Positions 52,901-64,000 of a stretch of 64,000 nt of DNA are shown piece after piece (within the stretch, counting starts at the first letter, position 1; each line of letters opens with the position of its first letter). The stretch lies in assembly GCA_951406725.2 (NCBI GenBank), contig OX597817.1, positions 23,312,001-23,376,000 on the forward strand, given 5' to 3'. Origin of the DNA: Octopus vulgaris (lineage: Eukaryota). The notes under the pieces were generated by a model. The model was given only the letters and a program-made list of their open reading frames with translations, was not told the DNA's origin and ran no database searches. The translations under genes and the position numbers were made by a program.

Positions 52901-53348
52901 ATGTGTACGTCAACGATAGCATTAAAGTCCCCTAATATCACTAAAGTCTTCGACGTCACGAGAAAGCCCTCTAGGCGCCGATAAAAATCAGTTTGGAAAC
53001 CTCTAGCACAAGATGCATAGAGTCCGATCAACCTGAAGGCCTTACTGCTGTATGTCACATCAAGGACGACCAGCCCACCTTCTGGGTCTACATAGACTGT
53101 ACTTGTCTGTAGAGCCAAGTCTTTACGGATCAGTACCACTACGCCCCCTCGCCCTCCGGTCTGGCCAGGAGACATGATTTTCTCGTAGCCATTCAGGAGA
53201 GGCGAGAAGGTTTGTAGGCTGTCCAGCTTGGTCTCTGTAGCAACCATCACATGTATATCATGTGATCTGAGGTCGTCGAGAAACAAGCCTGCTTCCACTT
53301 CGAACTCAGACCACGCATATTTAAACAACCAAGGTTAAGCGAAGCCAT
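49970..53348 (-). pseudogene. Tx1-like ORF2 (APE endonuclease, reverse transcriptase, C-terminal zinc finger), frameshifted
   Basis: MASLNLGCLNMRGL start; GDFNA, YLDRI, TDH, GYWKLN, KSPGLDGLP, FRPITLLN, DQSKAFDRV, VRQGCPLS, AYADD (~51310-51325), CPRCEQDRETVLHAFVEC; frameshifts near 53285 and 51350. Confidence 0.95.
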
Positions 53349-53369
53349 TACAAAAAGTAAAAGTTCTAC

Positions 53370-54769
53370 TTACATTTCGTTGGAGAGGTGGGGGCCGACC
53401 TCACCACACGTTTGTGGGCCCCTTCTTTCTCCTCTTTCTTCAGATAGTCCGGCAAGTTCGCGATATGCCGGATGGCGTTTGGGTGTCTGTCTTTTAATTG
53501 TTTGAACGTTGTTTCCGCAATCCACGCGTGTCTATTTCGATCTTTGTATTTGTTGTACAGTCTTGCTGACTAATGCTGAACCACAATATCGTTTATGTAT
53601 TTGTCTTGTGTGTCGAATTCAATTAATATGAGTTCATTTTCTTTTTTGTCTTCTTTTTCTGGGCCAGTTGAGCGGGATTTTTTTTCCGTGTCTGTGGTGT
53701 GTCTTTGTTTTTATTATTTTTTTGTAGGGGATGTGGACGGGGATGCTGCACGAATTATTTTACGAACTGGTGCAAATCCCCCCTCTGATACCTCCATGGT
53801 ATCGTCTGGGGTAGCAATAGTTTGTTCGGTAGGCGCCGCAGTTTTTAGTGGGGTGGGAGGTTTTAATAGTGTAGGGGTTTGTGAGTGCGAGGGCTGGGTT
53901 TTTTCTTCAGTCTGTTTTGGGGTTGGCACCGTAACAGCAGGAGTGGGATTTTTTTGTTTTTGTAGGGGTAGGTGTGTTTGCAAGGGTAGGAACTTTTTTA
54001 TTATCTGAGGGGCCTGGTGTCTGCGGTTTCTTTTGCTTGTCTGGACAGTCTACACGAATGTGGCCCTTTTTGCCGCAGGCGTAACAGGTGGGTTTTCGGC
54101 CTTCGACCTGTACCCTGAGGGCTACGTTCTAGCCCACGAGCACCCTCTCAGGAAGGAGCTGCAGGTCCTCCGCTGTTCCTTGAATTAATATATTAATGTT
54201 ACGCCCGAGCCAAAATAGAGGGGTAGAGCATGTTACTTGAAATATTTTAATTTTGTCCGCCCTTTTATATAACACGGCGGCCACTACCTCTACCGGATCT
54301 ACTTCCGGCGGGCTTCTACAATCCTGACCCGGGACGTCCTGCGTCCCCTATAGCTTGGGAAAAGTACCACCTCCTTGGTGTTTAGGGGGTTCACAGAATG
54401 CCCGCGGGCCATTTCTTCCCCCGAGAAGCAGACATCCACAGTGCCATATGCCCGTCCCCTGGCGACGTACACGATGTCCTTCCAAATCGGGGACAAGCAT
54501 TTCTCGATGGTGCTTTTTTCAAAGTGTTTGAACCTTCTGCTTTGTGGACAGAAAGTTTTAAACACTACGGTCCGCTTCTCGGTCTCCACGATACTGGCGG
54601 AGGGTGATATTTTACCACCACCACCCTCCTCTTGCATTCTTTTAAATAGCTCGACAAGCTGATTGACATCGATGTCAATGTTCTCGGTAGCCACTGCGGC
54701 TAACGCAGAAAATTTTTTAACATTGCTCTCCTCAAGAGCACTACTTTCGTGAATAATTTCAACAGGCAT
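53370..54769 (-). pseudogene. Tx1-like ORF1 (gag-like, zinc knuckle), disrupted
   Basis: MPVEIIHESS start; VEGRKPTCYACGKKGHIRVDCP (CX2CX4HX4C) near 54045-54110; Pro/Thr-rich linker; several frameshifts. Confidence 0.85.
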
Positions 54770-55249
54770 TATTCTGTTGAAATTAGACAACACAAAAATT
54801 ACGAATATTGGTTTCCCACAAAACTGGGAAACCTATAGAAAGTTTTTCTTCCAAAGTAGTTCAAAAAAGCAGTTCAAAAATTCCAATTCCCACCCCCATT
54901 CGGGGGAGGGGCACGAAAATAGTCTGGCAGGACTATATATAGTCACGTAAATAAAAAGCCACAATGGCTAACAGTTCAACGGTAAGAAATTATTCAATTA
55001 TTTTCCGGTAAAACCGGAGAACAAGACAGTTCAGCAACGTTTAAAGGCAAATTTTCAGTAGTAGGAATTCAACAATTAACAACACAGCCAAACTCTTACC
55101 GGGAAGAAAACGCGTCCAAACCGTAGTACGGTAAGCAAAGTCACTCTTCTGTCAGTGAGGTTAGCAAGCTACTTACCACACAGCCACTCCTGCGCCTGTT
55201 GGTTTAAAATTTTGATACAATGCCAGAAATATTGTCGTGCGAGTAAGAT

Positions 55250-55556
55250 AATACCTGAACCCCAGTACTCAACTGGTACTTATACTATCAACCTCGAAGG
55301 ATTAAAGGCAAAGTTGACGTCGTCAGAATTTGAACTCAGAATGCGAAGAGTGCGTTGTCAAATATTTATTTCTTTATTGCCTACATAGGGATAAAAATAG
55401 AGAGGATAAACAAGTACAGGAAAAGGGATTAAGTCGATTACATCGATCCAGTGCGTAATTGGTACTTATTTGATCGATCCTGAAAGGATGAAAGCAAAGT
55501 CGACCGCAAGGGATTTTGAACTCAGAATGTAAAGAGTGCGTTGTAAAATATTGCTA
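55250..55556 (-). mobile_element. Two-unit SINE family B (Tx1-tailed copy inside an older copy)
   Basis: Two cores; AAGAGTGCGTTGT(C/A)AAATATT repeated at 55346-55366 and 55532-55552. Confidence 0.8.
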
Positions 55557-55999
55557 CCAAATCTTTATCTTGTAATATGCTACTATTCCTATGCAAGTAA
55601 AACGTTGTTTCCCTGATTTTCCAAATCTGATTTTATAATACGTCAATGAGATTGCTGTCTGTATACCATCATTAGCGAATTCAATTTGAAAATAACACTT
55701 TCTTGCATTTTATTTGGGATCATTTCTAATTCATCCATATTCGAATATATGAATACTGAATGCATTGTCCCTTTCATTTCGTAGACGCTTGCTTGTTCCT
55801 GATATATAATGAATATTTTATTCCTACACATACTCATGTTTTAAATATCTATTAATCATAAGGTAAATTTTCTAGTATTTCGTTATTGTATAGACTTTTC
55901 TATTCCTTTTCTCTTTATTTGAAGCCCTTTTGCATTCAGTTCATGTTTCATTTTCTTTCTGATGCTGTGATAGTAATTGATGAAAAAATATGATGTTTG

Positions 56000-56740
56000 T
56001 ATGATGGTCGGCTAAAAATTTCATAGCCTCTTCAAAATACTCTCATGAATCAAACGTGGTTAAATTTTCAAAATATTGACCTTTGTGTTTCACCCACTTT
56101 TTCCTAGCAGAAGACGCTATTATCCTGTTGGTCAAAAAGTTTATCAGGAGCAGAAAAGACGTTATTATCACTGCGGTACTGTTTCCCAGTACCGGCGAGC
56201 TGGCAGAACGTTAGCACGTCGGGCGAAATGCTTAGCGGTATTTCGTCTGCTGTTACGTTGTGAGTTCAAATTCCGCCGAGGTCGACTTTGCCTTTCATCC
56301 TTTCGGGGGTCGATAAATTAAGTACCAGTTACGCACTGGGGTCGATGTAATCGACTTAATACCTATGTCTGTCCATATTTGTCCCCTCTGTGTTTAGCCC
56401 CTTGTGGGTAATAAAGAAATAGGTACTGTTTCCCAGCAAAGTCTTTTTCCATGTTGGAGAACGAATGACAGTCAGATGGGAGAAAATCAGGAGACTACGG
56501 AGTGTGATTAATCAAATGAAAGACACAAGCACGCACAGCAGCCATTGAAACCAAGGAATTGAGTACTGCTGGAGCATTGCTCTGATGGAACAAGACTACT
56601 TTCGTCAGCTTTCCTGGGACATTGGTTTTCATAAACTTTCGTAACTGCCTCAGCGAGTTGGCATAGTATTTCCACTGATGGTGTGGCCCTTTTGAATATA
56701 AAATTGGCAAAAGCTAAAGCTATCCCCTCCCCTGCAGATG
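56000..56740 (-). pseudogene. Mariner transposase relic interrupted by a SINE
   Basis: YYANSLRQLRK...GKLTKVVLFHQSNAPA...HTP*SPDFLPSD (YSPDLAPSD-like). Confidence 0.85.
56190..56421 (+). mobile_element. Single young SINE family B copy with 15-bp TSD
   Basis: GGTACTGTTTCCCAG at 56175-56189 and 56422-56436; tail GTCTGTCC...GTCCCCTCTG...AATAAAGAAATA. Confidence 0.95.
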
Positions 56741-56779
56741 AAACGATCTTGGCTTAAAGTATGATTGTTTTTGATTGAC

Positions 56780-57200
56780 TGTCGTCATTTATAAAGTTCA
56801 TTATTTCGAACTTGTGATACTGATTCTTATACCAATCTTTCTAGAGTTTTTTCCTTGTTCTAATGTGAGCCGATATATTTTATTATCTTCGGCGAGCAAC
56901 ACCATTTCATCAGCAAATTTCAGTCTTTTACTCGCGTCTATTGTTTTCATGGCATGCCTTCATCGGGCATGTTCGATATTTTCTTTAGGAAAAAAACCTA
57001 CAAATAGTAGGTGCAAGAAAATGCAACCTTGTCGACCTTCAGTAAGGATTTCCATGAAGTCTACTCATTCTGGTTCCGCTCGAAAACAGCATCGTGGATT
57101 TGAGTGAAGTCCTTTAAACATACTGAAAATGTGTTGAGGGATGCCATAGTGTAAAGCAATTCTCTTCTGGGACTTTCAGTTGATACTATCAAATGTGTAT
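56780..57200 (-). pseudogene. RTE-like LINE RT remnant
   Basis: FDSIN...HYGIPQHI, EGRQGCIFLHLLF, FADEMVLLAED. Confidence 0.75.
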
Positions 57201-58329
57201 CCTACTATGCGGCTCCTAAACCTGGAAAAAGGAAGAAGGTTTGTCGTAGGACTATCAATCTAGCTTCCATGAAATAGAAGCTGCATCAGACACAGCAAAT
57301 GAAGACCAATTGCAAAGCCTACACATGGAAAATGACAATATGTAATAGCACCTTTAAAAACTGCTTGAATAGTTTTGAATAATAATGTAAATGACTAACA
57401 TCTTTTAGCGCTTCTTCATCCAGTAATCTTATATAAAATATTTGTATTTCGTTGTACCCTTTACGTACATCTACAGTGGCACTTACATATAGGCATCTTT
57501 AGAATTTGCTGCGTTTGAGTGGTGATACTGAAAGCATTGCAGATCGTGAACAGGAGACATGCATAAAACACCTTCAAAAATAAAAATGATGACGTAAATG
57601 TATGTTTCGAGGATTTTCAGAAAATTCTCAATTGAATTCTTACGCGATTTCATTTGGAAATAGTGAATGCTGACACTGAATATTACTTAGAAGAACTTAT
57701 TTACGTGTGAATTTGAATGATAAATCATTGTTGAAATCTAAAACCCTCAGTGACTTTCGGTATATGAACGCTACTCTATCAAATAACTCAAACTTAGTGT
57801 AGCGTTTGAGATATTTTTTTACGTTCCGAATTTTGTGCATGATCGACCCAGGTTTTAGCTACGCAAATGCAATTTCGACAGAGTTGAAAAAGAGACTGAA
57901 GATAAATGTGCTCAGAGACATACGAGTAAAATTTATGACATTCCATGGAAATATCAATGTACTGGCAAATAACAATGACACAAACCTCCTGTAATGACAT
58001 CGAGTAATTGAGTAAAATGTACGTTAAATTCTTTCAACACGTTCTGTATAATTTATATTATTTATGAAGTATTCAATCGCCATGTATTTAGATTGGCACA
58101 AAAGTTACCGTTTTAGGCAAACATGTCTTGTAAAAGTTTTGTTACGACAGTTTACACTGCGTATTTCCGTTGCGCAGAGGCTAAGTTTGCCTTTCATCCG
58201 GCCGGGTCAGTAAAATAATTGCATTTATAGTAGAAAGGATTGATATTATTTTATCGGTGCCTATAAAATACAAACAAGTATTGTGGTTGATGTTATAGAC
58301 ATAGTACTTCCTTTAAAATTGCAGGCCTT

Positions 58330-58960
58330 GTACAATGGATTTCAAACCATCATTTAAACCATTGACGATGACTTAACTTTCCCGACTTCGAGGTCGATGA
58401 AACATATGCCAGTTAAGAACTTGTGATCGATAAAATATGCGCCAGTTGAGCAGTCAAGACGGTCTAATCGTCTTTCAACTTCCCTAAAATTGTTGATTTC
58501 GGGCGAAGACTTGAAAACGTTAAGGCGAGAAGCTGGAAGAATTGTAAGCGCACGAAACATGTTCTTATTTCTTGATTGCCTACAAGGGGCTAAATATAGA
58601 GGGGACAAACAAGGACAGACAAACGGATTAAGTCGATGACATAGACTACAGTACGCAACTGGTACGTAATTTATCGACCCCGAAAGGATGACAGGCAAAC
58701 TCTACCTCGGCGGAATTTGAACTCAGAACATAAAGACAGACGAAATACCTATTTCTTTACTACCCAGAAGGGGCTTAACACAGAGGGGACAAACAAGGAC
58801 AGACAAACGGATCAAGTCGATTACATCGACCCCAGTGCGTAACTGGTACTTAATTTGTCGACCACGAAAGGATAAAAAGCAAAGTCGACCTCGGCGGAAT
58901 TTGAACTCAGAACGTAGCGGCAGACGAAATACCGCTAAGCATTTCTGCCAACTCACCGCC
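58330..58960 (-). mobile_element. SINE family B cluster: two Tx1-tailed units (58565-58960) followed by older diverged copies
   Basis: Head GGCGGTGAGTTGGCAG at 58960; two cores; junction AAAGAAATA|GGTATTTCG at 58750/58749. Confidence 0.85.
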
Positions 58961-59431
58961 CTCAAACATTTTCTATCGGCATTTATTTCGACCCATTACT
59001 TCATAAGTTCAAATTCTACCTATGTCGACACTAGCTTTCTTGGTCGATACACTACTATGTGATACCTAAAAGTAACCGGAAACGTTCTATGTGGGCAACT
59101 CTTTGGTAGATCAGGCATCCACCGTTAGAAAACTCAGACATCAATCTGTCTACCTGCTTCTTCAGCTGGAGTCGTATTGCCAAGTGGTGAGTCTTTGTTT
59201 TGCCGTGTCTCTCCTCCATTCGTCGAATTTTGCGATGTCTGTGACGAAGGAACAGCATGATTCCATAAATTCTGTTTGCTGCCGAGAAAAACAGTTACCG
59301 AAACAGTTTGAAAAATTCCGGTTTTTCTCGGGTACCTCCACGTTTATATAATTTTAGCACTATCATTAATGCCGGAGACAAATAATCCCCTCCTGACAAA
59401 AAATGCTGTTACTGTGCCAAAAGTGAAACCA

Positions 59432-59722
59432 TTCTTCTTCTTCTTCTTCTTCTTCTTCTTCTTCTTCTTCTTCTTCTTCTTCTTCTTCTTCTTCTTCTTC
59501 TTCTTCTTCATTTCTTCTTCATTTCTTCTTCTTCTTCTTCATTTCTTCTTCTACTCCTTCTTCTTCTTCCTCTACTCCTTCTTCTACTCCTTCTTCTCAT
59601 TTTTGTTATAATAATATTATTAAAAATAATTATTATTACTATTATTATTATTATTATTATTATTAGTGGTAGTAGTAGTAGTAGTAGTAGTAGTAATAGT
59701 AGTAGTAGTGTTTTTATTATTA
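59432..59722. repeat. (TTC)n, (TAT)n and (TAG)n microsatellites
   Basis: Direct reading. Confidence 0.95.
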
Positions 59723-60377
59723 TCTTCTGCCAATTCTGTTTCCATTTCTTGCCAAGTGTCTTCCTGACACCTAGGGCTTAGAAACGCACTGTATACATGA
59801 GTAGTCTATTAAGATAAACACACCAATTCTCCGTTTAGAACGTCATGTGATAGAGAAAAAGTCATGTCTTGATGTGTACTCTACAGGTGCTAAATCCTTA
59901 CATCCAGAGATTATGTGGTCGACTCTTTCTATCCAATCATTGCAATACGACACTTTGGATCTACAACAATTTTCATCACATTGGCTTAATAGTTCCGGTT
60001 CAATAAGCTCTGATCATGAGCAGTCAAGATAAAGCCTTCACTCTCTGCCTTTAGCCCTGATCTCCGTAGCCACTGTTTGGGTGTGCTTCTGGTTTACCTC
60101 AGCTCCTTTGTTACGGCCCACATATATGCCATGCAGAGGTTTTTAATCCCAGCTATCAGCCAAATGTACAAATGCATTATTATTATTATTATAATTCTAT
60201 GTTTGACTTTTGCTTTATGTTTGTACAAGTTGGCTCCAAGTCTCACTCAGAGACCTCAAGAGGCAACAGGTTGGAAGTTCGTATTGTTGTTATGCCTACT
60301 GTGCCATATATTTGGTTTTGTATTTAGTGTTGTACTAGCGAGTGCCTTAAAAAATAAACGAAAGTTATGTTTGTTTT

Positions 60378-60550
<173 letters not shown>

Positions 60551-61603
60551 TACCGAATTCGACTTTGCCTCTCATTATTTCATTTCGAGGCGATAAAGTA
60601 CGTACCATTTGATGACTGAGGTCAATGTCATCGTCTTACCTACTCCCCTGAAATATCTGGCATTGTACCAAAATTTGAAATCGTTATTTATATTAGTTGT
60701 AGTTAGTTGCTAATTTAATAACACGCCGCTACCTGATGATCAAAATAAATTGAGGACGCTAGTGTAGAGATCTGGTTTTAGCTTGTTGCTATCGCTTTTA
60801 GAACTGATGCTATGTTATCACCATGGCAGCAGTAAATATGCCGGGTTTTCTGAAAGGTGTTGATGTTGAATACACGTTTATGTAATAAAATATGCGAAAA
60901 TGAAATACAAATAACCTTTGATATAGAAATATGAAACTTTAACACAGAACAGATTAATATATTTATATATTTTCTTTTGAATCAAAGTAAATTCATATAA
61001 TCAACACGAACCAGATCAAAGATCAAATGAAGAAAAAGTGACTTCATAAGTTATTTTATTTTATATCTTTGGGGGAATTATATGAACTTTCCAACACATG
61101 TCTTATTTCATAATTTATATTATTTTCCATGATATTAAATTTAAAATATTCAAAATTAGATTTTGTTTCTATTAGTCTACTATAGCTTTGTTTTTATTTT
61201 ATGTTTCAATATTTTCAATAAATTTTTCCTTCAGTAATCAATCCTTGTGAAATATGTCATTATAAATCTAAAATACAAATAAGTAAATAATATAAATATA
61301 TTTTATCAACATTATGTGATGTAATAACTTTTGAAAATTTGTATCACATATTGGAGTCGCTTCATATCATATTATTTCCTGCTCCATGTTTTAATACCCA
61401 ACAATCCTTTAAATAAGAATTACTAATAAGAATATATTTCCTGTGCATTGACTATATGCATGTACGTAGGCACATACAGGAATACATAAAAATTTACCCA
61501 TTTATCCAAAAGTGTCTCACAAGGAAATATTTACTTGCTATTATTTATGTGTGATTTGAGATGGCCCCCGCCCAAAAAGTATATATCTACACATATGTAT
61601 ATA

Positions 61604-62790
61604 CACTGAAACGCAAAAGAAACGCGAGACTGTGAAATATGTTTTAATTTCATGTCAGAGATAAACTTTCATAAAGCTGTAAAAGTTTATCATGTGTTCT
61701 GATAGTGAGCAGATCCAGCACACCGAGAATGCAGGATGTGATATGTTCAATACCGTGTATGCCCTCTCTGTTTGTTCAAAACAGCCATACGCCGTCGGTA
61801 CACAGAGTGCATGGGGCGGTTCACAAAAGCTATTGGAACCTGTTCCCATACACTGAGGAAAGCTACCTCCAGTTCCACACGAGTTGTCAGACTTGGGATC
61901 ACCTGGTTCAGCCGTCCCTGAATTTCATCCCACAGGTGTTCATTTGGGTTCAAATCTGTGATGAGAGCCGGTCATGGCATTGCTTTGATGTTGTGCTGAC
62001 ACAGGATGTCCATGGTGAACGGTGCCGTGTGAAAGGGAGCAGTTTACAGCTGGAACACATGTCTATGTTGACGAGCGAAGGGCACGATTTGAGGTCTTTG
62101 GATCTGGTCAATGTAACGCTGCGCTGTGATGCCGTTCCCTCTGCCTGTACCAACATTTTGGAAAACATGGGGCCCAATTCTCTGATTCGAGCATATAGCA
62201 CCCTAAACCATGATGATTTGGCCACATCATGCTTCTCTATCCGTAACACATGCAGGTCTGTAGCGTTCACCCCACATACACTCTGGGAAACGAGGTGGAA
62301 ACGCAATACTGGCTATCATCAGAGAAGACTATCGACCTCCATTGCTTATGTCGCTAATGTCAGAGCTGTGTAGTCGTGCCTTACTGTGGCGGGTGGTGAG
62401 GACAGGCTCTCGAGCAGAACGTCGGCAACGTAGATTGTTGGCGGCCAGTCGATGTATCGTGTCGTCACTGATGGGTCGCTGTCCAGTTCCAGCGAGCAGT
62501 CACACTGGCCAATCTGAAGCGATCAAGTAGGTGTTGCAGGTGTTGAGTGGTCACCACGGGGCGCCCTCTGCGAGAACGGTTTGCAGGGCTGTTGGTGTTG
62601 TTGTATCGCTGATGCAGGCGAGAGGTGGTGCAGACATGGACATAGTGAGCTTTTATAGCAAACATGGCACGCTACCGTGCTTGCAATCGGCCGATAGCCT
62701 GTTCTCTCTGTGCTGCTGACGGTCGGGTCATAGCTAATGCGGTCAATTTACGAATTGATTTTATTTACGCCATGAAGCATAAATACAAAG
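61604..62790 (-). mobile_element. Tc1-family transposon relic
   Basis: ATG at 62731: MTRPSAAQREQAIGRL, RSRRGRPVVTT; C-terminal (D)LNPNEHLWDEI...RRRMAVLNKQRGHTRY*; one end TA|CACTGAAACGCAAAAGAAACG at 61604, matching end not found. Confidence 0.88.
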
Positions 62791-63599
62791 AGGACGATAC
62801 AAAATGAGAGGGGTCGGGGATCGAATGATGAAGCAGTTAAAAATTTGCGAATTATATAAACTAACAATGAACTAACAATATAAAAACAGCACAAGCGAGT
62901 GGGGAACGGGTTTGACCTAGCAAGCTCCGATCCACCACGGAACCATTTAGTTTCCTTTATGTTTTACACTTGCGTGGTTTCATTCACTTTCAACATCCAC
63001 GTCACTTCGTGCCATCTTTTGCCCCATATATCGGGCGACAAGCGTCTTCTATAGCCTTAGTTTCCTTTTAAGATGGAAAGTAAACAGGTAGAGTAAACAT
63101 GTCCTCCAAACAACCTCTTTCGCCATCGCTAGAACAGCGAGAAAACATACTTGCCTTCATTATTCAAGGAGGATGTTTGAACAATCTTTATAATCGACTC
63201 GGGAGGCAGCTGTACTCTTCCTAAACATGACAGCAGCCGTTCGACATAAACCCGCATTTCCAAAATTTTCGGACATTACACAATAGCGTACAGAAGTTTC
63301 ACTGCTCTTCTCGCATCATGAGCATGTGGGCTGGCATATATAGCCATGCCTAGCGAATGTATCTCGAACTGGTAAGGATCCTCGGTAACATTACCAAGCC
63401 ATTGTCCAAAGTCCCGGCCCGAATGTCCTTCGAAGCAAACAAGTAAGCTGACCTTCGGCGAACCCCAGGGTTTCCCCAAGGTCATCGTTACACGTTGCCT
63501 CTACCAGCCATCTATAGAATGACGATAGTGTCACACTTTGCTTCTACCAGCTCTCTATAGAATGATGAGGCGGAATTCTCGTGCCCGGCATTACCCGTA

Positions 63600-63695
63600 T
63601 GGTTTAAGGTTTCGGGCAGACCTTCTTCATCGGAAACAGAGGAAAGTCTAAGAGAAAGGAAAACGGAGGAAGAAAATCGCAAACGATTCATATGT

Positions 63696-63697
<2 letters not shown>
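63600..63697 (-). mobile_element. Penelope-like pLTR remnant with degenerate hammerhead (63602-63637), abutting (TA)n 63698-63753
   Basis: Minus: GTTT-CCGATGA-A-GAAGGTCTGCCC-GAAA-CCTT-AAAC; homologous to ~5700-5800 (shared GGAAAACGGAGGAA). Confidence 0.55.
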
Positions 63698-63756
<59 letters not shown>

Positions 63757-63861
63757 CAAATTTACAAAACGACAACAGACGAAAACAATGGAGAAAGATA
63801 AACTGTGTAGAGTGCAGCAGTTCAATGTCTATATGCATATACATATCTGCATACACCCCAC

Positions 63862-63899
<38 letters not shown>

Positions 63900-64000
63900 C
63901 GTATATGTGTGTATATATAAATACGTCTGTGTGTGTTTGTGTGTGTCTGTGTGTTTATATGGACATATATGTGTACATGTGTGTATTATGTATGTAGTTA

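Larger units (their letters stand above)
49742..55158 (-). mobile_element. Near full-length Tx1/L1-clade non-LTR retrotransposon (5417 bp)
   Basis: 16-bp TSD GGTTAGCAAGCTACTT (49726-49741, 55159-55174); 5' UTR, ORF1 with CCHC knuckle, ORF2 APE-RT-CCHC, short 3' UTR without long poly(A). Confidence 0.95.

Noticed and set aside
63276-63485. Tyrosine recombinase HxxR motif (AHDARR) of a DIRS-like element
   Set aside because: Single short motif with no other YR, RT or RNase H signature nearby.

Overview
AT-rich, repeat-dense animal genomic DNA. The tRNA-derived SINE families and abundant (TA)n/(TG)n/(TACA)n microsatellites match what I recognise from Octopus/coleoid cephalopod genomes (inference; no search run). 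I found no host protein-coding exon, so the window is probably intronic or intergenic, and most ORFs in the track are microsatellite or antisense artefacts. Contents: a near full-length 5.4-kb Tx1/L1-clade LINE (49742-55158, minus, 16-bp TSD) inserted in a SINE head; a 5'-truncated Neptune-type Penelope element with a nested CR1-group LINE; several Penelope pLTR remnants with minimal hammerhead-ribozyme motifs; mariner/Tc1 relics, hAT and Tc1 MITEs, three Helitrons, CR1/RTE/RLE-clade fragments, an 86-bp minisatellite and many SINEs (working labels A-D are mine). Best leads: (1) SINE family B shares its 3' tail with the Tx1 LINE and appears to insert repeatedly at two fixed sites in its own tRNA-like head, building tandem arrays; (2) hammerhead motifs carrying the compensatory U3:A8 core, one inside a 117-bp palindrome; (3) a covarying 3' stem-loop shared by SINE C and a CR1-group LINE.
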